From: a virus
Taxonomy: Duplodnaviria; Caudoviricetes
DNA: 46,605 nucleotides
Reading direction: 5' to 3' (one strand)
IMG/VR virus record: IMGVR_UViG_3300017912_004379
Coordinates: 1-46,605 of that record
Shown: positions 19,743 to 29,224 of the stretch, one piece after another
How the letters are laid out: each line of letters begins with the position of its first letter
How positions within the stretch are numbered: the stretch's first letter is position 1
Notes under the pieces: generated by a model
Databases searched by the model: none
Told to the model about the DNA's origin: nothing
Seen by the model: the letters and a program-made list of their open reading frames with translations, nothing else
Program-made: the position numbers and the translations under genes

Positions 19743-20409
19743 ATGCACTTACTGTGGCAAGGAGTTTGCCAAGGCACGAACACTACAGGTACACTTATGT
19801 GAACCAAAGAGAAGATATCTACAGAAAGATGAAAAGTGGGTGGTGAACGCATTTATGGTGTTCCAAAGATTCTATCAGATACATCAACATAATGCAAAGA
19901 CAAAGACATACGACGAGTTTGTGAAAAGTGCGTACTACAATGCCTTTGTGAAATTTGGTAGATTCATAATGCACATCGACCCCTTGTACCCTGACAAATA
20001 CATAGATTTTGTTTTGAAATCAAAGATCAAACTCGATCACTGGGCCAGAGATGACCTATATGAAACATATCTTATCGAAGCGTTGAAGACCGAGCCCGTG
20101 GAGGCCGCACTACAAAGAAGCATAACAACCATGATGGATTGGGCCACAGAACAGAATGCACAATGGTCAGACTACTTCAGACTTGTTAACACGAACAGGG
20201 CAGTCCAACACATACAGCAGGGCAAGATAAGTCCGTGGCTATTGTTAGGTTGCAGTGCAGGCAAAAGGATGTTAAAATCATTTAATGACGAACAATTACA
20301 GATGATAGAAAGATTTATTAACCCAAGTTTCTGGCCAAGCAAATTAAAAAGTTATCCAGCGGATCACATGTTGGTGCAGGACACGGCGAGGGAGGCCAAG
20401 ATTGTCTAA
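19726..20409 (+). CDS. Zinc-finger-containing hypothetical protein
   Basis: N-terminal CTYCGKEF...TL..H.C (C2HC finger). Confidence 0.7.
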   Translation: MASTNRCTYCGKEFAKARTLQVHLCEPKRRYLQKDEKWVVNAFMVFQRFYQIHQHNAKTKTYDEFVKSAYYNAFVKFGRFIMHIDPLYPDKYIDFVLKSKIKLDHWARDDLYETYLIEALKTEPVEAALQRSITTMMDWATEQNAQWSDYFRLVNTNRAVQHIQQGKISPWLLLGCSAGKRMLKSFNDEQLQMIERFINPSFWPSKLKSYPADHMLVQDTAREAKIV

Positions 20410-20635
20410 GATAAAATTAGAGGTTGCAGAAAATTTAGATTTCGAAGAAGGTGATTGTGCAATAACAATAAAGAAAGATGGAACAATAGGAAAAGTGATT
20501 ATGCCAAAAATGAATACAGAAACGTTAAACACAGAGGGATATAAAATGCTTCTCGAAGTTGTTGAACTTTTACAGCCGGGATCCAAAGAAGAATTTCTCA
20601 AGCACAACGAAAAAGAAAAAGGGAGCATACACTAA
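20402..20635 (+). CDS. Hypothetical protein
   Basis: 77-aa ORF coupled to the next gene (TAATG). Confidence 0.6.
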   Translation: MSKIKLEVAENLDFEEGDCAITIKKDGTIGKVIMPKMNTETLNTEGYKMLLEVVELLQPGSKEEFLKHNEKEKGSIH

Positions 20636-21225
20636 TGCCTGATGTTGACATAGACTTTTATGACAGAGACAACACATTGAAGTTGTTCAAACACACACCC
20701 GCTTCTATGTCCAAAGACGGTAAGTTTGAAAAACACAAGACCGGCGTGTATTTTCACGCCGTGCCAGAACATCCTGTTACAGGTCATGCATCATTGGATT
20801 ACAAAGAAGCAGAGGACAGAGGTTACTTCAAGATAGACTGTTTGAATGTCAACATTTACAAGGAAGTCAAATCAGAGCAAGAGCTTGTGGAACTGATGAT
20901 ACAAGAGCCCGACTGGGACATGCTTCAAGATCCAAAAGTTGTTGAAAAACTTTTCCACCTTAACGGACATTACAACATAGTAAGTAAACTCCAGCCAAAG
21001 ACGATAGAACAACTTGCGGCTGTATTAGCGATAATACGTCCTGCCAAAAGACAGTTGATGTATAAAGAATGGGAAGACATTATGAAAGAAGTGTGGGTTA
21101 GGCCAACAGATGGTTCTTATTTCTTCAAGAAATCACACGCTGTTGCATATGCACAGGCCATAGTGGTGCAGATGAATTTGATCAGCAGAGCTAAATATAG
21201 TTTTGATGCAACATCAAAAAACTAA
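20635..21225 (+). CDS. Minimal DNA polymerase III alpha (DnaE)-like catalytic protein
   Basis: PDVDIDF, KHKTGV, YFKIDCL, LAIIRP, FKKSHAVAYA: all core C-family motifs in 196 aa. Confidence 0.8.
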   Translation: MPDVDIDFYDRDNTLKLFKHTPASMSKDGKFEKHKTGVYFHAVPEHPVTGHASLDYKEAEDRGYFKIDCLNVNIYKEVKSEQELVELMIQEPDWDMLQDPKVVEKLFHLNGHYNIVSKLQPKTIEQLAAVLAIIRPAKRQLMYKEWEDIMKEVWVRPTDGSYFFKKSHAVAYAQAIVVQMNLISRAKYSFDATSKN

Positions 21226-21361
21226 AAGAAAAATCCAAAAAAGACGAACCAAAAAATCCACCGCTTCTAAAAAGGATCCATATGGGTACCAGCCAGATAG
21301 TCCCTTAACACAACACTATCTTACAACAGGTGCTATACTTCCTGAAAATAAAGAAGATTAG
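21206..21361 (+). CDS. Small basic protein (51 aa, not in the ORF track)
   Basis: MQHQKTKRKIQKRRTKK...ENKED; TAAATA box at 21192-21197 just upstream. Confidence 0.5.
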   Translation: MQHQKTKRKIQKRRTKKSTASKKDPYGYQPDSPLTQHYLTTGAILPENKED

Positions 21362-21732
21362 ATCGGACGTCTTACCAACTGTATGGTTCTTCTTTTAACC
21401 CGTTTCTTTGAAATATCAGATAACTTCACTGTTGGGCCGTGTACTATCTCGATGTCCTTAGAATTCAATGTAACCAGAGTTGACCTAAAATAACGGAACT
21501 CACCTTTCAAGAATATGTTGATTGGTAATTTTCTATTGGATTCATGCCACCAGATTTCACCGCATTTCAAAAATCTAACTTTGTCCTGTGGAGAATAAAG
21601 TCTACCGTAATCGTAGAAACTTATAACATTGGTATCCTGGTTCTGAACTATGCCTACATATTCTAAATCGCCTTTTCTAATTAGGCTCAGAAATGGGAAC
21701 TTGTCCCTTAGAGTGTTAAAAATTTCGTTCAT
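21358..21732 (-). CDS. Hypothetical protein
   Basis: 124-aa ORF (EYVGIVQN, WWHESNR.LPINIFL). Confidence 0.75.
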   Translation of the reverse strand: MNEIFNTLRDKFPFLSLIRKGDLEYVGIVQNQDTNVISFYDYGRLYSPQDKVRFLKCGEIWWHESNRKLPINIFLKGEFRYFRSTLVTLNSKDIEIVHGPTVKLSDISKKRVKRRTIQLVRRPI

Positions 21733-21740
21733 TCTATATC

Positions 21741-21758
21741 TATAAATACTGTTAAATA
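21741..21758 (+). promoter_or_regulatory. T4-like late promoter boxes
   Basis: TATAAATA 21741-21748 and TAAATA 21753-21758, 6 nt before ATG 21765. Confidence 0.6.
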
Positions 21759-21764
21759 TGTACT

Positions 21765-22586
21765 ATGCAAACAGTTTCAAGGTATTTACTATCGCAATTG
21801 GTAATCGCTTACCAAAGCGGTTATCACGGGAGGAATTCAAAGGTGTACGATAGGCGTATCACACTACACAGAGGGGTTACGAATCCTATTACTTTTACGT
21901 TCAAAAACGAGGATCAAAAGTCCCAAGACGTATCTAGTAAGACTGTTTCAAGTGGAAATTACTACCAATTAGAGGTTATCGACACAGAATCACAGCAATC
22001 AGTGATTACTAAGAACTTAACCATAATTGACGACGGAAGCACTGTTTCAACTAAAGGCCAAGCGAGTTGTGAGATATCAGATGGTGACTTACTAGAGTTG
22101 GACGCCAAATTCTACACTTATGCGATTAAAGAAATCAAATCAGATGGAAGCACTTTGGTGACCTACGCAGATACAAGTTACGTTGCTGGAGGTACCATGG
22201 AAGTTCTTGATGGTGCGTATGCACAATTCCTACCAAGCACTAGTGTTTCATCCTTTACAGCGTCTGGTGGACCGTTGACATACACAACAGGAAAAATCAA
22301 TGCCAAGCCAGGACTAAACAACAACAAGGCACTGCACACTATCGCTGTGTACACAAAAAACTTCAGTGGAGCATTAAGAGTGCAAGGAACAATGAGCACA
22401 TCTCCAGAAGAAACAGATTACTTTGATATTACCATGGAAGGTGCAAGTGGGCCTGCAAATTCATTCACTGATTCAACAACAGTGACCACATTCAACTTCA
22501 CGGGCGTTTACCAAAACATCCGATTCAGTTGGGGCAACAGTAGTGGTAACACTGGAGTGATTGACAAAATCCTTTACAGACAGTAA
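21765..22586 (+). CDS. Probable virion structural protein
   Basis: Thr/Ser/Gly-rich, beta-like composition; late-type promoter upstream. Confidence 0.5.
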   Translation: MQTVSRYLLSQLVIAYQSGYHGRNSKVYDRRITLHRGVTNPITFTFKNEDQKSQDVSSKTVSSGNYYQLEVIDTESQQSVITKNLTIIDDGSTVSTKGQASCEISDGDLLELDAKFYTYAIKEIKSDGSTLVTYADTSYVAGGTMEVLDGAYAQFLPSTSVSSFTASGGPLTYTTGKINAKPGLNNNKALHTIAVYTKNFSGALRVQGTMSTSPEETDYFDITMEGASGPANSFTDSTTVTTFNFTGVYQNIRFSWGNSSGNTGVIDKILYRQ

Positions 22587-22589
22587 AAT
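22561..22589 (+). promoter_or_regulatory. Sigma70-like promoter for primase
   Basis: TTGACA-17-TAAAAT, 7 nt before ATG 22597. Confidence 0.65.
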
Positions 22590-22596
22590 ATAGGGT

Positions 22597-23610
22597 ATGA
22601 ACCTGATCCAGTCGAATATTCTGACGAGTTTGCCTACGGGCAGAAAGAAGACGCCCAGTGGGTGGATATCATTCAATGCACCATGTTGCGTACACAATGG
22701 TGAAACAGCAGACAAGAAAAAACGTGGCGGAATAATGACAAGTGCAGACGGCACTATCAGTTATCACTGTTTCAACTGCGGCTTCAAAGCAAGTTATGTA
22801 GTAGGTAGAAAACTTACATTCAAGATGAGACAGTTCATGGGATACATTGGCATACCCGATGACACAATACGTAAATTGGCCATAGAAGCCATGCGTGAAG
22901 AAGAAAGTGATGTCAAATATGAAAAGAAAAAATTTGTTACATTTAAGAAAAAAGAATTACCCAAAGACACAAGAACACTGGGCGAATGGCTAGAGGAGTA
23001 CACAGTGGGCACGATGTCCACAGAACAACAAAACAAAATTGATAATCTGTTGAACTATCTCACAGGTAGAGGCATAGGTCCTGATTGGTATGACTTCATG
23101 TATTCATCTAACAAGCACTGGGACACTGACAAAAGACTACTGATTCCATTTTACTGGCGTGGTGATATTGTTGGCTTTACAGGAAGGATGTTTGAACAAT
23201 CAGACAAAGTAAAATATTACACAGATGTACAACCAGGATATGTGTTCAACATGGACGCACAAGATTGGACAAGGAAATTTGTAATTGTTACAGAAGGGCC
23301 GTTCGATGCAATTACCATTTCTGGTGTCAGCATACTCGGATCGGAGATAAATGATACACAGCGAGAGCTCATAGATGGATTGGGCAGGCAAGTTATTGTT
23401 GTACCGGATAGAGATGCACCAGGAGAAAAACTGATCAATCAAGCAAAAGAATTTGGATGGAGCGTTGCGTTCCCTGAATGGGAAGACGGAGTCAATGATA
23501 TAGCAGAGGCGGTACAGAAGTATGGTAGATTATTCACAATACAATCAATATTGAAAACAACTGAAAGCAACAAGTTGAAAATAGATTTGAAAAGGAAAAT
23601 GTATGGTTAG
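22597..23610 (+). CDS. DNA primase (gp61/DnaG-like)
   Basis: N-terminal zinc ribbon (PCC...YHCFNCG), RLLIPF, TOPRIM EGPFDA and DRD. Confidence 0.9.
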   Translation: MNLIQSNILTSLPTGRKKTPSGWISFNAPCCVHNGETADKKKRGGIMTSADGTISYHCFNCGFKASYVVGRKLTFKMRQFMGYIGIPDDTIRKLAIEAMREEESDVKYEKKKFVTFKKKELPKDTRTLGEWLEEYTVGTMSTEQQNKIDNLLNYLTGRGIGPDWYDFMYSSNKHWDTDKRLLIPFYWRGDIVGFTGRMFEQSDKVKYYTDVQPGYVFNMDAQDWTRKFVIVTEGPFDAITISGVSILGSEINDTQRELIDGLGRQVIVVPDRDAPGEKLINQAKEFGWSVAFPEWEDGVNDIAEAVQKYGRLFTIQSILKTTESNKLKIDLKRKMYG

Positions 23611-24511
23611 TTTCCACATCGAACCAACTAGTAAATGCACACTGGAATGTCCTTTATGTGACAGGACATGGTTCTATGAAACGTTCAAGAGACGTAATTT
23701 ACATGAGATTAACATCGACCACCTTGTTGATTTTGTGGGACCAAATGCAGACATCTATATGTGTGGCAACAACGGTGACCCAATATATCATTCTAAATTT
23801 CTCGAGTTGTGCGAAAGACTAAAAGCAAATAATTGTAAAATCTCAATCACAACAAACGGCTCGGCAAAAACTAAAAAATGGTGGCAAAAATTAAATGACA
23901 TTTTAGATCAGAATGACTTAATTACATTTTCCATAGACGGACTAGAAGATACTAATCACCTATACAGGAAAAATGCAAAATGGAAATCAATTATGGATGC
24001 CGTAAATGTTCTACAAAAACGTAGATGTAAAATGAATTGGAAATTCATTGTATTTAAACACAACCAACATCAGATCAAAGACGCTAAAGAACTTTCAACA
24101 AAATTACAGTTTGATCATTTTAGTTTAGAACAAAGTGATAGATGGATGGGCAAAAAAGATCTAATGCCGGACAGAGAATTTGTAGACACATATTACCAAC
24201 ATCAACAGCAAGTGCTGATAGATCCAAATTACAGAACGAAGATGCAACCGTTTTGTTTGGTCAACGATAAGCCAAGCAATGATTTATACATAGATGCCGA
24301 AGGAGATTTTTATCCATGCTGTTGGCTGGGCACATACAGATACAAATTTAAAAGTGTATTTTCTCCAAAGGGTCAAAAGTTCAACATACAAAATAACACC
24401 TTAGATGGTATTTTAGGTGACACCGCAGTGAAAGAGTTTTTCAATTCAACAAAACAATTTACATCTGCTCATAATTGTTGTAAAATAAAGTGTGGAGTAA
24501 AAAATGGATAA
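23603..24511 (+). CDS. Radical SAM protein with a C-terminal SPASM/Twitch-like domain
   Basis: CTLECPLC (CxxxCxxC), GNNGDP, TNG, FSIDG, G.FYPCC, C-terminal CC..KC. Confidence 0.88.
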   Translation: MVSFHIEPTSKCTLECPLCDRTWFYETFKRRNLHEINIDHLVDFVGPNADIYMCGNNGDPIYHSKFLELCERLKANNCKISITTNGSAKTKKWWQKLNDILDQNDLITFSIDGLEDTNHLYRKNAKWKSIMDAVNVLQKRRCKMNWKFIVFKHNQHQIKDAKELSTKLQFDHFSLEQSDRWMGKKDLMPDREFVDTYYQHQQQVLIDPNYRTKMQPFCLVNDKPSNDLYIDAEGDFYPCCWLGTYRYKFKSVFSPKGQKFNIQNNTLDGILGDTAVKEFFNSTKQFTSAHNCCKIKCGVKNG

Positions 24512-24665
24512 CAAAGACTTGAAAGAACTAAAATCAGAAATTAAAAAAATGTCAAAAAAAATTGATGTGCTGGAACAAAAACTATCCAAACACATTGTTT
24601 TCATAGAACAAGTTTATGCCCCGTTGCAAAAAAGCATTGATAAATTTAAGAGGTTTTTCAAATAA
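24504..24665 (+). CDS. Small coiled-coil protein (53 aa, not in the ORF track)
   Basis: MDNKDLKELKSEIKKMSKKIDVLEQKL...FFK; GGAG upstream; stop overlaps the helicase ATG. Confidence 0.65.
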   Translation: MDNKDLKELKSEIKKMSKKIDVLEQKLSKHIVFIEQVYAPLQKSIDKFKRFFK

Positions 24666-26104
24666 TGGCTGAATATACATTCGACGTACAGAAACTTTAC
24701 ATAGAGATGCTGTTGGCAGATGCTGAATCATTTGCAAGGGCACAGAACATATTCAAGCCTGAATCATTCGATCGTAAATTACAACCAATAGCCAAGTTTG
24801 TCAAAGACTACATGGATGAATACAAAGTCATGCCTGACGTCGAACAGGTGAACGCAAAACACGATATCAAACTGAAGTCAGCAAAGGATTTAGATCCAAG
24901 TCACTTCAATTGGTTGTTGGACGAATTTGAAACATTTTCAAGACACAAGGCTCTGGAACATGCAATACTCCAATCTGCAGACTTATTAGAAAAGGGTGAT
25001 TATGCTCCAGTGGAAGATATGGTCAAAGACGCAGTCAATGTTGGCCTTACACGTGATCTTGGTACAGACTACTTTGAGGATCCGAAAGGAAGACTAGAGG
25101 CACTCAAGGCAAACAACGGGCAGATCAGCACTGGCTGGGCTAACCTAGACAAGAAACTATTCGGTGGATTTAACCGAGGAGAACTAAACATCTTTGCAGG
25201 TGGATCAGGCGCAGGTAAGAGTTTGTTCTTACAAAATCTTGCGGTAAACTGGGCACAGGTTGGTCTGAACGTTTGTTACATATCTTTCGAGTTGAGTGAA
25301 CAACTTACTGCGATGAGGTTGGACGCTATGATGACAAACATTCCAACAAAGAAAGTATTTCCTGAGATTGACAATGTAGAAATGAAAGTAAAGATGTTGG
25401 CAAAGAAATCAGGTACCTTGCAAATAAAATATTTGCCAAGTGGTAGTAACGTGTTAGATGTAAGGACATACTTGAAAGAATTAGAACTAAAGAACAAAAA
25501 GAAAATTGACTGTATACTGATTGACTATTTAGACCTAATGATGCCAAAAAGTAAGAGAATATCGCCAGCGGACTTGTTTATAAAAGACAAGTACGTGTCT
25601 GAAGAATTGAGAAACTTGGTTGTAGAGAAACAATGCGTATTGGCAACTGCTTCGCAATTGAACAGAGCATCTGTTGAAGAAATTGAATTTGATCATTCGC
25701 ACATCTCAGGCGGACTATCTAAAATACAAACAGCGGATAACGTTATAGGTATATTCACAAGTAGGGCTATGAAAGAGCGTGGGAGATATCAAATACAGTT
25801 CATGAAAACAAGGAGTTCAAGTGGTGTAGGCCAGAAAGTTGACTTGGAGTTTGACGTGGACAGTTTAAGAATTAGAGACCTGGCAGATGATCCAGAGTAC
25901 AAACAGTTTGATAAGCAGAGAAGCACAATTTATGATTCTCTGAAACAAACTTCAAAAGTATCATCAGATGGCACGCCTAAAGATGCAAGGAACGAAGTGC
26001 CCGACCCACGTAAGGGAGATACAGTAGGCAAAGTAAAGGCCACTGTTGAAGGTGGTAAACTGAGACAACTTCTAAACGAACTGCACTCAGATGAAGAACA
26101 GTAA
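24665..26104 (+). CDS. Replicative helicase (gp41/DnaB-like)
   Basis: ISTGW..LD, GGSGAGKS, SFEL, IDYLDL, TASQLNR, KTR motifs. Confidence 0.93.
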   Translation: MAEYTFDVQKLYIEMLLADAESFARAQNIFKPESFDRKLQPIAKFVKDYMDEYKVMPDVEQVNAKHDIKLKSAKDLDPSHFNWLLDEFETFSRHKALEHAILQSADLLEKGDYAPVEDMVKDAVNVGLTRDLGTDYFEDPKGRLEALKANNGQISTGWANLDKKLFGGFNRGELNIFAGGSGAGKSLFLQNLAVNWAQVGLNVCYISFELSEQLTAMRLDAMMTNIPTKKVFPEIDNVEMKVKMLAKKSGTLQIKYLPSGSNVLDVRTYLKELELKNKKKIDCILIDYLDLMMPKSKRISPADLFIKDKYVSEELRNLVVEKQCVLATASQLNRASVEEIEFDHSHISGGLSKIQTADNVIGIFTSRAMKERGRYQIQFMKTRSSSGVGQKVDLEFDVDSLRIRDLADDPEYKQFDKQRSTIYDSLKQTSKVSSDGTPKDARNEVPDPRKGDTVGKVKATVEGGKLRQLLNELHSDEEQ

Positions 26105-26771
26105 TGACATCAACTACATATACGAGAAGTTAAGCTCTCTATATCCGCACTATTCAAATCGAAAACCCAAGGCAAAGATATATTCAAAAGCCTATACAAG
26201 TTTGATAGGCGTCATGTTGTCCGCACAAAGCCAAGACAAGAGAACAGCGATAGCGTGTGATCAACTGTTTGCGTTGGCAGACACACCAGAAGAAATGATA
26301 AAACTGTCACAGGATGATATAATCGAAGCAATAAAACCTGCAGGGTTATTCAATGCCAAAAGCAAAAATATTCTTGCCACAAGCAAGATGTTGTTAGAAA
26401 AATTCAATGGACAGGTGCCAAGGACACAAAAAGAACTTATGACACTGCCCGGAGTTGGAAGAAAAAGTTCAGACATCGTTATGAGGTTTGTGTTTGGCGA
26501 ACCGCACATAGCAGTTGACACCCACGTGTTCAGAATGTTGTGGCGTTTGGGTTGGATAGACAGTCTGGACGAAGGCAAGGCATCAATCACAGTGAACAAC
26601 ACAACACCGAGCAAATACAAATACGGTGCTCATATGTGGTTGATTACACATGCAAAAAAAGTTTGCAAATCAAGATCTCCAATCTGTGCACCTTGTGTAT
26701 TGAGTGCGGCCTGTGACAAAAGAGATATCAATATTCCTAAAAGTAAACTGCGCCAAAATCTACAGTCATAA
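26091..26771 (+). CDS. nth: Endonuclease III (DNA glycosylase/AP lyase)
   Basis: LSAQ..D, HhH LPGVGRKS, VDTHVFR, [4Fe-4S] motif C-x6-C-x2-C-x5-C. Confidence 0.93.
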   Translation: MKNSNDINYIYEKLSSLYPHYSNRKPKAKIYSKAYTSLIGVMLSAQSQDKRTAIACDQLFALADTPEEMIKLSQDDIIEAIKPAGLFNAKSKNILATSKMLLEKFNGQVPRTQKELMTLPGVGRKSSDIVMRFVFGEPHIAVDTHVFRMLWRLGWIDSLDEGKASITVNNTTPSKYKYGAHMWLITHAKKVCKSRSPICAPCVLSAACDKRDINIPKSKLRQNLQS

Positions 26772-26780
26772 TAATATACG

Positions 26781-26834
26781 TAGATAAATATATTTGCTCA
26801 AGGCAATAACAGGCAAACATAAAAGCATAGGCAA
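26781..26834 (+). promoter_or_regulatory. dnaE leader: TAGATAAATATA box plus AGGCAA repeats
   Basis: 12-bp identity to 44-55; AGGCAA at 26801, 26811 and 26829. Confidence 0.6.
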
Positions 26835-28526
26835 ATGAAAGACAAAGAACTAAACGACATAACAAGGCTGTACGATAGATTCATTAGGCAATGTCCAGGC
26901 ACAGAAGAATACACGCATAGGCTAGCCGAGGAAACTCGCATCATCCTTCAACTACGTTTCGTAGACTACTTCATCCAAATATGTGACATCATTGCAATGA
27001 CACGAGACATACCACACATGACACGTGGTAGTGCTGGTTCGTCATTGGTCTGTTACCTACTGGGCATAACAGATGTGGACCCAGTGGAGTGGGACATACC
27101 CGTGGCAAGATTCCTCAATCCCAATCGAGACGACCTACCTGATGTTGATATAGATTTCCCCCATCACAAGCAGGATGAGGTCATGCAGAGGATCTTCAAG
27201 AAGTGGCCCGGACGCAGTGCTAGGATATCTAACTACGTGCTCTATCAAGATAAATCAGCAAGGCGTGAGGCGGCCAAAAGACTTGGTGCCAAAGGTAACC
27301 TACCCCGCAGGTTCACATATGATTCACTAGGTATCGATAGCAAAGAGGCCAAGAGAATCGAAAACAAATTGAAAGGCAAGAAAAGATGCATATCAAAACA
27401 CTGCGGAGGAATACTGATGTTTCAAAGACAACTACCAAAAAGCCTGTTCACGGCGGAGAATCAAATACTACTAGACAAGAACGAAGTGGAGGACCTGGAA
27501 CACCTGAAGGTGGACATTTTAGCCAATCGTGGTTTGTCACAACTCATAGAGATAGATCCAACCATGAAACTGACCGACTACCCGGAGGAAGATGCCGCTA
27601 CCTCGGACCTTTTGTGCCGCGGAGACGTGTTGGGAGTGACACAGGCAGAGAGCCCGGCCATGAGGAGGTTGTTCAGAGCAATACAACCAAAAGGTAGGCG
27701 TGACTGTGTGTTTGGCACAGCATTGATAAGGCCAGTTGCCATATCCGGACGTAAGAAGGCAACCATGTTCCATGACTGGAGCAAGGAGCGTATGAGTGAC
27801 ACCATAGTGTATGAGGACGATGCCATAGACAGGATATCAGAAGTGCTAGGAATAGACAAGTACGAAGCGGACATGTACAGGAGAGCATTTGCTAAAAAGA
27901 ACGAAGAGAAGATCATGGAGTTCATATCGAGGTTAGGCAATCATCCACGCAAAGACGAAATAATAACAATGCTACAATCATTATCTGGTTTTGGTTTGTG
28001 TAGAGCTCATGCTGTGAATCTAGGGAGACTGATATGGGCACTTGCATATCAGAAAGCACACAACCCAGAAAAGTTCTGGAAGTCGTGTCTAAAACACTGC
28101 CAAGGTTCCTACAAGCGTTGGGTGTACAGGACTGAAGCAAAACGTGTTGGAATAGAAGTTGTGACACCAAGTAAGTCAGACAAATGGGACACGCCGGAGT
28201 TTCAATATAGGAAGTACGGCTGGTGGAGTCAGAATGATTTCATGCCAGGAATGTATGTGAAAGAATTGTACATGGACAAAGTGGAGTTTGCCGGGATGAT
28301 AGCCAACGGCAGAGTTTTCCGCGGGGACAAAGGAAGATACGTAACGTTTTTGACGTTAGGGGTAGGCAACGGACAGTACATAGATGTAACAATAAAGAAA
28401 GCATTCGCCTACAGTGATCATGATGTAGTTTGGGGACAAGGAACAATAAAACATTCTAATAATTCAGACTATGTCGAATGCTACGACTCCAAAGGATTCA
28501 GACTAGAAAAATTTATCCATAACTAA
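26835..28526 (+). CDS. dnaE: Compact DNA polymerase III alpha (DnaE)-like polymerase lacking the PHP domain
   Basis: RGSAGSSLVCYLLGIT.VDP, RFLN..R..LPDVDIDF, KHCGG, KVDIL, Q.ES..M, ALIRP, GLCRAHA, AYQKAH.P..F; C-terminal OB-like segment. Confidence 0.88.
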   Translation: MKDKELNDITRLYDRFIRQCPGTEEYTHRLAEETRIILQLRFVDYFIQICDIIAMTRDIPHMTRGSAGSSLVCYLLGITDVDPVEWDIPVARFLNPNRDDLPDVDIDFPHHKQDEVMQRIFKKWPGRSARISNYVLYQDKSARREAAKRLGAKGNLPRRFTYDSLGIDSKEAKRIENKLKGKKRCISKHCGGILMFQRQLPKSLFTAENQILLDKNEVEDLEHLKVDILANRGLSQLIEIDPTMKLTDYPEEDAATSDLLCRGDVLGVTQAESPAMRRLFRAIQPKGRRDCVFGTALIRPVAISGRKKATMFHDWSKERMSDTIVYEDDAIDRISEVLGIDKYEADMYRRAFAKKNEEKIMEFISRLGNHPRKDEIITMLQSLSGFGLCRAHAVNLGRLIWALAYQKAHNPEKFWKSCLKHCQGSYKRWVYRTEAKRVGIEVVTPSKSDKWDTPEFQYRKYGWWSQNDFMPGMYVKELYMDKVEFAGMIANGRVFRGDKGRYVTFLTLGVGNGQYIDVTIKKAFAYSDHDVVWGQGTIKHSNNSDYVECYDSKGFRLEKFIHN

Positions 28527-28533
28527 CGTAATC

Positions 28534-29223
28534 ATGCAAAGGTGTAGAGATTTCGAAAAAACATTTACGTTAGTTCCTGAGTCATGGCACAGATGCCACC
28601 AATATGCTGTTAGTGATAAACTTATGCCAACCCTTAAAAATGTTTGGAGTTTTGGCATCAGCAAAGAATGTAAGATGGAGGAATCAATCAGGAAACACAA
28701 CAAGCAGACAAAAATAAACACATGGGATCCAACTCCTATCAGTCAAGCAACGATAGACAAAGCAAACAGTAGAAGTGCCAACATAACTCACACGAACAAG
28801 GCATATGATCCAAAATATAAGGCACTGACTTTTTACACAACAGATCCTACAAAACGATGTTACAGTTTGGAAAATTTTGATCCAGAGAATTTAGTGCATT
28901 CCTATTCCGTCGCCTGCACCAGCATCAAAGAAATTTCGGAAACTCTGGGAAACGATGTTGACCTAATAAAATTTGACATAGAGGGTCGATGGTATGAGAT
29001 ATGCAATGAAATCTTAGATTTACGTATTGCAGTAAAACAGGTTGTGGGTGAGTTCGAAATGTACATGGGAGACACCGACACGGAGTTCAAAAAATTAGAA
29101 TCAATAATTGAAAAGTTTGAATCAAAGGGCTATCAAACTTACTGTAATCGATTATTAGCAGAAACTAATTCAGGGCACATACCCAACAATCCGTGTGTTG
29201 AACTTGCGTTCATCAAAACTTAA
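28534..29223 (+). CDS. FkbM-like methyltransferase
   Basis: VWSFGI, WDPTP, VDLIKFDIEG, Q...EF. Confidence 0.65.
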   Translation: MQRCRDFEKTFTLVPESWHRCHQYAVSDKLMPTLKNVWSFGISKECKMEESIRKHNKQTKINTWDPTPISQATIDKANSRSANITHTNKAYDPKYKALTFYTTDPTKRCYSLENFDPENLVHSYSVACTSIKEISETLGNDVDLIKFDIEGRWYEICNEILDLRIAVKQVVGEFEMYMGDTDTEFKKLESIIEKFESKGYQTYCNRLLAETNSGHIPNNPCVELAFIKT

Positions 29224-29224
29224 A

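Noticed and set aside
20635-28526. The two DnaE ORFs as halves of one split polymerase
   Set aside because: Both contain the same PDVDIDF, KHxxG and KxD motifs, so they are redundant homologues rather than complementary fragments.
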